A DNA stretch of 14,829 nt, taken from Fonticula alba ATCC 38817. Lineage: Eukaryota; Protista; Nucleariida. The DNA is taken from NCBI GenBank assembly GCA_000388065.2, contig KB932204.1; one strand, written 5' to 3'. The notes below the pieces were generated by a model. The model saw only the letters and a list, made by a program, of their open reading frames with translations, did not search any database and had not been told where the DNA came from. The position numbers and the translations under genes were made by a program. This document shows positions 1 through 8,184 of this stretch, in pieces; within the stretch, counting starts at the first letter, position 1; the number at the start of each line of letters is the position of its first letter.

Positions 1-23
1 CCCCCCCCCGGAGATACACGCAC

Positions 24-2278
24 CCTCGGCCTCGGCGATCGCCGGATCATACATCGCCTGGTCGACCACCGACTTGGCCAGAACCACCGGGAACTCGTTG
101 TTCGGGGGGATTTCGATTGGCACGTCGTTGCGCGGGAAGAAGCAATCCGTCCCGGGGAACTCCTTGATGATCTGCCAGCTGAGGAAGGCCCTGTGCGGAG
201 GAGCCCCATCACAGGCACAGACGCGCGCGCGCAGACACGCATGTACACACACACACACGCGCACACACACATACACACACACACACGCACGCACATTGAC
301 AGGGCCGCCGTATCAGGGAAAAGGAACGAGTCCGGTGCCGGGAGAAAGAGCACGCAGGAGCAAAGCAAGGAGATCCGAGGCAGGGGAGATGGTCAGACAC
401 GGGAGGACGGGCGGGCGGGGCAGACATCGGCCGGGGGGGGAGGGAAGCCGATGCTGAGCGAGTTCCCCCGGGGCGGTGCGTACATTTTCTTCTTTTCGCC
501 ATGCACCAGCATCACCTTGCGCGGCTTGGCCATGTGGATGAGCTGCATGATGCCCTTGGCATCGGCGTGCGCCGAGAAGGACATGTTGCGCACGCTCAGG
601 TTCACCGGGATGTATTTCTTGTCGATCTCAATCTGCCAGCCGGACACAGCGGCGTCAGAACACACGGTCAGCGGCGGGCGCGGGAGCGGGAGCAGCAGGA
701 TCGCCCGATGGGCGGCCAGCCCGGGTACGCACCTCCTTCTGGCCGGCCAGGACGCGGGCACCGACCGTGCCGGCCACGCAGTAGCCCGGCATGATGAGCA
801 TGTTCCGCGGATCGGGCGCCCACTTCTTGAAGACCTCCAGCGAGGTGCCTGCATGCGGGTCGTCGGGAGCCACGGGCGTGAGAGGCGGGAAGGCGGCCGA
901 GAAAACCGGAGCTCAAAATGCAGGGGGGGGGGGCGGGGAGGAGGAAAGTGGCCAAGGGAGCCTGAGGCACCGGCATGCAGCATGCCCGGCGTGGCGAAGA
1001 GAACCATCGGCCCCGGGAGGTCGGCATAACTCCGGTCGAAGCTGCGAATGTACTTGAAGTCGAAGGCATTTCGCCGGACAAAGGTCTTCTTGATCCGGTC
1101 GTTGGTCCAGTTGATGAAGAGTTTGTAGTAGTGGTTGGCCTTGTCGGTCATGCCGGCGCTAAAGTAGACCGGCACGCTGAGGTTGTTCCGGTCCCAGAAC
1201 TGCTCGATCAGGATGCACAGCTCCTGCGCGCGGCCCAGCGCGAAGCAGGGGATCAGCACCTTGCCCCCGCGCGACACGCACTCGTGCACCTTGGTCAGGA
1301 AGTCGCGCTCGCGGGCGCGCTTCGACTCGCGCACGGTCGTCGCGTAGCTGAGGTAGCCGGGGGGGGGGCGGGGGGCGGGGGGGGGGGGCGAGACCGAACG
1401 CCACGGGTCAAGGCGTGAATGGGGAGGGAGGGTGAGGGGGAGCCCGAAAGGAGGAGGCACGGGAGGCAAAGAGGGGGAGACACGCGGCAGGGTGCGGATA
1501 GGAGCAGAGGGAGGGAAGAAGGAGGGGGAGGGAGGCGGCGCAGGAGGAGAGGAAGGCAGGCCGGAGCATCAGGACGCACGTCGACTCGGTGATCAGCAAG
1601 TCCGGTCGGAGGGGCTCGATCCAGGCCGCACCCAGGTGTCGATCTGGGGTCATGTTGTAGTCGCCCGTGTAGACGACCGACTGGTGCCCGACACGGATGT
1701 GGAACATGGCCGCGCCGATGACCTTCATTCGCCGGGGGAAGGAAATGGAGTCAGCGATTTTGGAGGACGGCAGAGGAGCGAAGACAACCGAGGCAACATC
1801 CCGCCCGCAGGGGAGGGCCTCCGGAAACACATACATGCCCGGCATAGTAGGCGCGGATTTCCAGCTCGTCATCCACCTTGATTGTCTGGTGGATGTTGAC
1901 CGTGACCACTGTGGCATGGGGAGGGGGGGGGGCGGGGAACGGCGCGGGGGGACAGGCAACGAAGAAAGTCAGCACGGCGCGGGGCAGACCGGCAGGACGG
2001 CCGAGGGCCCATGCACCTGGGCAGGCACGCACCCTTCTTCATGCAGTTCCAGATGTCCTCGGTGGTGAAGAAGTCGCTTTCGCCCTTCTTCTCGACGACG
2101 ATTCGCCGGAAATCCTCCAGCAAAATGGGCGAGATGGCCTTCGTCGGGTGCGTCATGTAGATGGGCCCATTGTAGCCGCACTTCTCCGTGAAGTGTGGCA
2201 GTGCACCGCAATGGTCCAGGTGGCTGCGGCAGCGAGAAAAGATGCATGCGGTCAGTGTCGGGCCGGCGTGTGGGTGTG

Positions 2279-2314
<36 letters not shown>

Positions 2315-3733
2315 TGTGCGCATTCACCATCACGGCGGGTCGGGGCGGGCAGGCTGGTCGCAAGGCTGACGCACAAATGGGTGATAATGACAGCGTCGAT
2401 GACTTTCTCGAAGCTCCCGGGCGAGGGATTGGCGATGAGCGAGAAGTTCGGGAACCGCCGGTGGTCCTCGTAGCCCATGTGCATGCCGCAGTCGAACATC
2501 ACTTGCTTGTTGCCGATCTTGACAAGCACACAACTCCGGCCGACGTCCTGGCCAGCACCTAGCGATACATGGCATGTGAGTTATCCGGGGGAGGGGGGGA
2601 GGGGGGGGAGGCAGAAGTGGAAGCACTCAGGAGCGTGGAGTGATCAGCAGGGGNNNNNNNNNNGGGGGGGGGCACACGCACATAGAGATCGATGTCCGAG
2701 CGCCCACGGCTGAAGGCGATCACCAGGCAGGAGAACCCATTGAACAGCTGGCACATTTGGCCGGCAATCAGGAAAGGCAGGATCATGTTCAGACGGCCGA
2801 TGGTCGAGCCGAGGAGGCCGCCCTCGCGCGAGCCGGACCGGGCACGACCGGTCGCGCCGCCGGCCACGGCCACCGAGGAGGTCGACCCGCCAACACCAGC
2901 CCCGGCCAAGGGCGGGCAGATGACGCCGGGCGTGGACTCGGTGGAGGTAAGGGCGCCGGAGTCGCCGGCCGCCGCGAGGGAGGCCGCCGCCGCGGTGGCC
3001 GCCGCGGTGGCCGTCGCCGAGGCAGACGACCCGGCGGAGGCGGCGGCCACGGCGGCCGCCATGGCCGCCGTGCTGGCCGCCGACACCGACGGCGTCAGCG
3101 GCGAGACCGGCGACAGGATGGACGAGGCCGTCCGAGACCCGGGGCCGTCGACGACGATCGCCGCGTCGCCGGACACCACATCCAGGGGCCGACGCTTGCC
3201 CAGGGTGCGCAGGGTGCGCAGCCGGCCCATCTGGTACCGGAACTGCAGGAGCTGGATGGCGCCGACGATGATGTAGAAGAGGTTGATCTGCTGCCGGGTG
3301 ACCGGGAAGTTGGGCAGGTCCGGCCAGACCAGCAGGATCCCCGACAGCAGGGCCGACAGGTAGTGGTGGATGAGCCACCAGCTGTGGATGCGCGACCCGT
3401 TGACAAGGAGGATGTGATCGCGCAGGGACAGGGTGCAATAGTAGTAGAGGACCAGGAAGTTGAAGATGGCTATCGGGAGAGGGAGAGCCACGGGCAGCCG
3501 GGCGGGGTGAGTGGCCGGGAGCCGAGCACATGGGCAGGGAGGGCATGGGGGGGGGGCTGTCTGCCTGTCTGCTTGTTTGTCTGCCTGTCTGCCTGTCTGC
3601 CTGTCTGCTTGTTTGTCTGCCTGTCTGTCTTTCTGTCTGTATGCCTATGTGCTGACCTAATGCCCAGCGGCAGCACAGTGATGGGGGTCTGCTGCACCAG
3701 CGGTGCGGCAGGAGACGCGGATGTCGGCCCCAT
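24..3733 (-). CDS. INTS11: Integrator complex subunit 11 (CPSF73-like MBL/beta-CASP endonuclease), 3'-partial. Exons 3733-3664, 2558-2375, 2223-2033, 1908-1835, 1722-1580, 1347-971, 848-733, 632-484, 190-24, then continues off the left edge
   Basis: The exons join in frame: [33 protein letters not shown]...[19 protein letters not shown]...[12 protein letters not shown] (HxHxDH)...YYAGHVIGAAMF...[18 protein letters not shown]...ITESTYATT...[18 protein letters not shown]...[10 protein letters not shown]...[36 protein letters not shown] and SAHADAKGI are INTS11-type rather than CPSF3-type. Introns 2-8 are GT-AG with matching phases. The intron 1 donor reads GC at a suspected chimeric junction. 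Confidence 0.95.
245..295 (+). repeat. Imperfect (AC)n microsatellite in INTS11 intron 8
   Basis: acacac run with gc/at interruptions. Confidence 0.9.
2281..2316 (+). repeat. (CGTG)9 microsatellite in INTS11 intron 2
   Basis: Perfect cgtg x9. Confidence 0.95.
2654..2663. other. Assembly gap (10 N)
   Basis: N run flanked by G runs. Confidence 1.
2682..3469 (-). CDS. TMEM120: TMEM120-family membrane protein, internal exon 5 (788 nt, most TM helices), out of order relative to the rest of the gene
   Basis: Translates (A)[49 protein letters not shown]...[21 protein letters not shown]...[19 protein letters not shown]...SDIDLY, matching TMEM120A [48 protein letters not shown]. Acceptor tag at 3472-3470 (phase 1); donor gtgcgt at 2681 (phase 0). 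Confidence 0.93.
3557..3665 (+). repeat. Near-identical direct copy of 5033-5133 (satellite end plus unique branch-point region of the zinc-finger intron)
   Basis: 3591-3665 is identical to 5059-5133, including the unique tail ctgtatgcctatgtgctgacctaatgccc. The copy has one extra 8-nt ctgtctgc unit. Confidence 0.92.
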
Positions 3734-3807
3734 GACTGTTCGTGGCCAGGGAGAAAGGGAGACGCCCTGCCTCCTATCAGGAAGGTCTTGAAGCGGGGAG
3801 TTCAGGG

Positions 3808-3878
<71 letters not shown>

Positions 3879-4336
3879 GGCGGCGGGCAAAGATACGCGA
3901 AAGGGCAGACGGAGAAGAGCACAGATGGCTGTATGGCCCGCACGGCGCCCGGACCCCAGGAAGGGGCGCGGCCGGCCGAAAAAGCCCGAACGCCCGCGAT
4001 CGACGCCCGGCCAATGCGGGCCGAGCGTTGGGTCCTCGACATTAATAGGATCATGTGCCCCTTGCGCGTGCCATAGCGCCGCACGCGCGTCCCACCCTGG
4101 CCGCTGGCGCTCTCCCGCGGGCGGGGGGCACACACCGGCGGGTCGATCTTGTTCCGGCTGCGAGGGGTCGGGTGTCTTTCGGCCGGCCTCCTCCAGGCCC
4201 GGAACGACGGGGCCGTCCAAAAGAACGTCTCCTCCCCCCTCCCCCCTCCCCCCTCGCCCCTCTCTTTCTCTCTTTCTCTCTTCCCCCCCCCCCCGCCCCC
4301 ACACGCCCCGCCCCACACCCAGGCACACGCACAGCC
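3734..4336. promoter_or_regulatory. Probable bidirectional promoter / 5' UTR region between head-to-head INTS11 and zinc-finger genes
   Basis: Only 603 nt separate the two divergent ATGs (3733 minus, 4337 plus). Promoter function is inferred from geometry; TSSs are unknown. Confidence 0.6.
3811..3874 (+). repeat. (AG)32 microsatellite between the divergent INTS11 and zinc-finger gene starts
   Basis: Perfect AG dinucleotide run of 64 nt. Confidence 0.97.
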
Positions 4337-5770
4337 ATGTTCAAGCGTGCTCTGAGCCACGTCTACAACCGGGCCCTCCACGGCGAGGATGAGGACTTCA
4401 ACAATGACGCTGTTGAGGCCCACTCGGACGACTCGTCCGAGGAGTCGGACCTGAGTGTGTCGGACTCGGAGCTGGATTCCGACACCGACGAGATTGACCG
4501 GCTGCGCTTCAAGATCCGCAAGCTGGAGGATCGCAACGCCAAGGGCAGCGACGATGACGACTCCACCGAGGACGATGACAGCGCGGAGGATGATGACCAG
4601 CCCCGGCGCAAGATTTTCGGCTGCCAGCTCTGCTCCAACAAGTTCTTCCATTCCGAGGCTGAAGTGGAGGAGCACCTGAAGAGCAAGGTGCGCGCGCCCT
4701 GCGACGAGCCGCATGCATGTGCTTTGCCTGTGGATCCATTCGTTTGGTGTTTCCTTTTTGGCCTCCCTCTGTTGTTGCCCTGCCTTGCCCCTGTGTGTGT
4801 CTGTTTGTCTGTTTGTCTGTTTGTCTGTCTGTTTGTCTGTTTGTCTGTTTGTCTGTCTGTCTGTCTGCCTGTCTGCTTGTTTGTCTGCCTGTCTGCCTGT
4901 CTGCTTGTTTGTCTGCCTGTCTGCCTGTCTGCCTGTCTGCCTGTCTGTCTGTTTGCCTGTCTGTCTGCTTGTCTGTCTGTCTGCTTGTCTGTCTGTCTTT
5001 CTGTCTGCTTGTCTGTCTGCTTGTTTGTCTGCCTGTCTGCCTGTCTGCTTGTTTGTCTGCCTGTCTGCCTGTCTGCTTGTTTGTCTGCCTGTCTGTCTTT
5101 CTGTCTGTATGCCTATGTGCTGACCTAATGCCCGCTCTTACAGGGTCACCTGCGTCGTGTGCGCAGCACCACCCTGGCCAGCATGACCTCCGAGGAGATC
5201 GAGGCCCAGAAGCAAAAGCGCCGGATGAAGGTGGCTCGCAAGATTGCCCGCAACATCCCGGAGGCTGCGGCTGCGCTGGAAGCCGGCGACCTGGAGAAGG
5301 TTTTCCAAATCGCCTCCCAGCAGAAGAAGCGCCCGGGCCGGAAGCGCGCCCGGCCGGGGAAGCGCGCTCGCCAGGCGGCCGCTGCCGCTGGTGGTGATGT
5401 CGCCACTGCCACGCCCGAGAAGAGCAAGAAGGACGCCGCGGCCACGCCCGAAAAGGCCAAGAAGGCCGCCGCGGCCACGCCCGAGAAGGCCAAGAAGGCC
5501 GCCGCGGCCACGCCCGAGAAGGCCAAGAAGGCCGCCGCGGCCACGCCCGAGAAGGCCAAGAAGGACGCCGCTGCCACGCCCGAGAAGGCCAAGAAGGACG
5601 CCGCTGCCACGCCCGAGAAGAGCAAGAAGGACACCGCGGCCACGCCCGAGAAGAGCAAGAAGGCCGCCGCTGCCGATCTTACCCCGGCCGAGGCCACCCC
5701 GGCCAAGAAGGCCAGCACTCCGGAGAAGACCAAGACCCGCTCGTCCAAGAAGGCCGCCAAGTCCAAGTAG
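4337..5770 (+). CDS. 325-aa protein with an acidic N-terminus, a U1/matrin-like C2H2 zinc finger, a basic helix and a histone-H1-like ATPEK repeat tail. Exons 4337-4687 and 5144-5770
   Basis: ATG at 4337, donor AAG|gtgcgc at 4688, branch-like ctgacctaat then ttacag acceptor ending 5143, stop TAG 5768-5770. Splicing completes CQLCSNKFFHSEAEVEEHLKSK|GH (C-x2-C-x13-H-x5-H). Third codon positions are strongly G/C. Nuclear or nucleolar function is inference. Confidence 0.88.
4795..5108 (+). repeat. Degenerate tetranucleotide satellite (GTCT/GTTT/GCCT/GCTT) filling the zinc-finger gene intron
   Basis: About 310 nt of interspersed gtct, gttt, gcct and gctt units read directly. Confidence 0.95.
5408..5671 (+). 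repeat. Coding tandem repeat, 8 x 33 nt, encoding ATPEK[A/S]KK[A/D][A/T]A
   Basis: Unit gccacgcccga(g/a)aag(gcc/agc)aagaagg(c/a)c(g/a)ccgc(g/t) starts at 5408 and recurs every 33 nt; the eighth unit starts at 5639. Confidence 0.95.
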
Positions 5771-6015
5771 GAGGCGCGCGGCCGTTGCGTGCGCGTCCAA
5801 GCCCGCTCTCCCTGTCCTGCGTCCTCAGCAGGGACGAGATACGAGGCCCAAAATAGATGACCGAAACACATTGCCACAGACAGCAGCATGCTTTATATAT
5901 TGTTGTGAAGGGAGGGGGAGCAGCCCACACACACCCGGAGGGAGGGACGAGCACCATGGTGGAGGGAGGGGGGCATCCCCCGCACGGGGGACCACACAGG
6001 GAGCGCGCGCCGCGA

Positions 6016-6486
6016 TCAGCTGGCATTGACCATGCGGATGTCCGCCTGCTCGGAGGGGATGCGCGCCGAGGAGGAGATGACCACGGTGTCGGTCTCCTCG
6101 TCGACCGAGTGCTCCAGGTCGCCGGTGCCCGGAGGCTCGGCGCCCGGCTCGACATCCGGGTCGTCATTGCTGAAGACGACGCGCGGCCGCGACACCGCCG
6201 GGGCGGGCTCCGGGGGGGGCTGCGACACCGGCTCCGGGTGTGGCTCAGCCGGTGCTGGCGCCGCGTCCGGGACGACGACGGGGGGGGCGGCCGGCCCCGG
6301 GGCGGCGGCCGTCCCGCAGGCGGGCTGGTGCTTCAGGAGGTTCTGGCGCTGGCGCTCCTTCTCGGTGGCCCGGCGAACGGCCTCCCGGAGGTTGCGGCTC
6401 CGGACGAGCTTCCCATGATAGATGCGCAAGGTGGTGTACATGTTGCCGGAGCCGGTGATGAGGAAGAGGACCGCGGCGGCGAGGGC
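6016..6486 (-). CDS. TMEM120: TMEM120-family protein, terminal exon 6 (last TM helix plus long Pro/acidic tail)
   Basis: Acceptor cag at 6489-6487, then ALAAAVLFLITGSGNMYTTLRIYHGKL, matching TMEM120A [27 protein letters not shown]. Stop TGA at 6018-6016. Confidence 0.88.
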   Translation of the reverse strand, partial: ALAAAVLFLITGSGNMYTTLRIYHGKLVRSRNLREAVRRATEKERQRQNLLKHQPACGTAAAPGPAAPPVVVPDAAPAPAEPHPEPVSQPPPEPAPAVSRPRVVFSNDDPDVEPGAEPPGTGDLEHSVDEETDTVVISSSARIPSEQADIRMVNAS

Positions 6487-6513
6487 CTGAGCAGCGGGGT
6501 GGCGGCGGGGTGG

Positions 6514-7299
6514 NNNNNNNNNNNNNNNNNNNNNNNNNNNNNNNNNNNNNNNNNNNNNNNNNNNNNNNNNNNNNNNNNNNNNNNNNNNNNNNNNNNNNNN
6601 NNNNNNNNNNNNNNNNNNNNNNNNNNNNNNNNNNNNNNNNNNNNNNNNNNNNNNNNNNNNNNNNNNNNNNNNNNNNNNNNNNNNNNNNNNNNNNNNNNNN
6701 NNNNNNNNNNNNNNNNNNNNNNNNNNNNNNNNNNNNNNNNNNNNNNNNNNNNNNNNNNNNNNNNNNNNNNNNNNNNNNNNNNNNNNNNNNNNNNNNNNNN
6801 NNNNNNNNNNNNNNNNNNNNNNNNNNNNNNNNNNNNNNNNNNNNNNNNNNNNNNNNNNNNNNNNNNNNNNNNNNNNNNNNNNNNNNNNNNNNNNNNNNNN
6901 NNNNNNNNNNNNNNNNNNNNNNNNNNNNNNNNNNNNNNNNNNNNNNNNNNNNNNNNNNNNNNNNNNNNNNNNNNNNNNNNNNNNNNNNNNNNNNNNNNNN
7001 NNNNNNNNNNNNNNNNNNNNNNNNNNNNNNNNNNNNNNNNNNNNNNNNNNNNNNNNNNNNNNNNNNNNNNNNNNNNNNNNNNNNNNNNNNNNNNNNNNNN
7101 NNNNNNNNNNNNNNNNNNNNNNNNNNNNNNNNNNNNNNNNNNNNNNNNNNNNNNNNNNNNNNNNNNNNNNNNNNNNNNNNNNNNNNNNNNNNNNNNNNNN
7201 NNNNNNNNNNNNNNNNNNNNNNNNNNNNNNNNNNNNNNNNNNNNNNNNNNNNNNNNNNNNNNNNNNNNNNNNNNNNNNNNNNNNNNNNNNNNNNNNNNN
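6514..7299. other. Assembly gap (786 N) at the position where TMEM120 exon 5 is expected
   Basis: N run between the exon 4 donor (7308) and the exon 6 acceptor (6487). Confidence 1.
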
Positions 7300-7308
7300 A
7301 AGACGCAC

Positions 7309-8184
7309 CATTGAGCCAAGTCTGATCGATGAAGATGTACGCCAGGGTAGCCATGACAAGCTGGATGATGGTGAAGCGGAACTTGAAGGTCTCATACTCG
7401 GCCTTGTAGCGGAAGCGGTCCTTGAAGGCCATGGCCACATTCGCCGACCCGAGGGACAGGCGAAGCATGGCCCTGCGATGCCAGGCAGGCACAGGGGGGG
7501 AGGGGGGGGGGAGGGGGGTTAGGTATCATCGCAGCCACGCCGGGCGGCGCGGGCCGGGAACACCAGGAGGGCCGTACCGCGAGGGCCGGGGGAATCGGGA
7601 GTCCAGGTTGTCGAGGCGCTTGGACAGCTCATCGATCTCTTCGAGCTCCTGCTTGGAGGCGCCTGGGAGGACAAAGTCGGTCAATACGTGAGGGAGGCCG
7701 GGAGGGGGCGGGGAGGGGGAAGGAACACGGGCCCGGCCGGCGGGGGGCGTACCCTGCTCGAGCATGAGCGACTGCAAGGTCTTGACGCGCTTGATCTGAG
7801 CGACGACCTCGCCGCGGCTGGGTGTTGGGCCGGGGGGGCGAGGGGGGGGGGGCAGAGGGGAAAGGAGGGAAGGGGGGACGGCGCAGGGGGATGGAAGAGC
7901 GCAAAAAGAGGTCAGCATGATCGCGCACGAAGGGACCGGCGAAGTACGGCCAGGCACACGCACCAGGACTCGGTGTCCTTCAGGAGCTTGCTCTCGGTCC
8001 GTCGGAGGGCGACGCTGGTCTGCTCCAGAACACGCAGTTGCGAGTGAATTGACTGGAGCTCCGGCGTGCTGGCGGTGGCACGCAGGATCGTGGTGGCCGG
8101 GACCTCGGCCGGATCGGCCGGGCGCGCCGACGCCGACGCCGACGGGTCCGGCCGGGAGGATGGGGCTGAAGACAGCGGCGCCAT
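7309..8184 (-). CDS. TMEM120: TMEM120-family protein, exons 1-4 (8184-7964, 7817-7753, 7662-7578, 7472-7309): N-terminal coiled coil and first TM helix
   Basis: Phase-consistent GT-AG splicing gives MAPLSSAP...LRRTESKLLKDTESCRGEVVAQIKRVKTL...LDSRFPRPSRAMLRLSLGSANVAMAFKDRFRYKAEYETFK..., matching the TMEM120 LYLSLVLGNVNV...KFAYKDEYEKFK motif. The ATG at 8184 follows directly after an acceptor-like cag, so an upstream exon may exist. All six exons total 1794 nt (597 aa plus stop). Confidence 0.9.

Noticed and set aside
24-2558. Calling the beta-CASP gene CPSF3/YSH1
   Set aside because: Diagnostic residues ([37 protein letters not shown]) match INTS11.
3470-3491. Track start MALPLP for a standalone 310-aa membrane protein
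   Set aside because: The start is a GTG inside the intron's pyrimidine tract; the segment is an internal TMEM120 exon bounded by splice sites.
2664-3663. Inserted block as a transposon or Pack-type element
   Set aside because: No terminal inverted repeats, target-site duplication, poly(A) tail or transposase/RT; all of its content derives from the two neighbouring genes.
3650-3664. Alternative INTS11 exon 1 donor at ATT AG|gtcagc
   Set aside because: It gives phase 2, which frameshifts exon 2, and lies within the duplicated piece.
2640-3791. 383-aa and 194-aa plus-strand ORFs
   Set aside because: Antisense shadows of TMEM120 exon 5, running through N, G runs and satellite.
3742-4392. ERERER / SLSLSL ORFs
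   Set aside because: Translation of the (AG)32 microsatellite.
4713-5397. Cys/Leu/Ser/Val-rich 'membrane-like' ORFs (CLSVCLFV...)
   Set aside because: Translation of the intronic tetranucleotide satellite.
5408-5671. 33-nt periodic repeats as a CRISPR array
   Set aside because: Head-to-tail units without unique spacers, in frame within a eukaryotic exon.
5138-5889. Minus-strand repeat ORFs (LLGRGRGGLL / FSGVAAAAFL)
   Set aside because: Antisense of the ATPEK repeats; the plus frame has the splice sites, zinc finger and codon bias.
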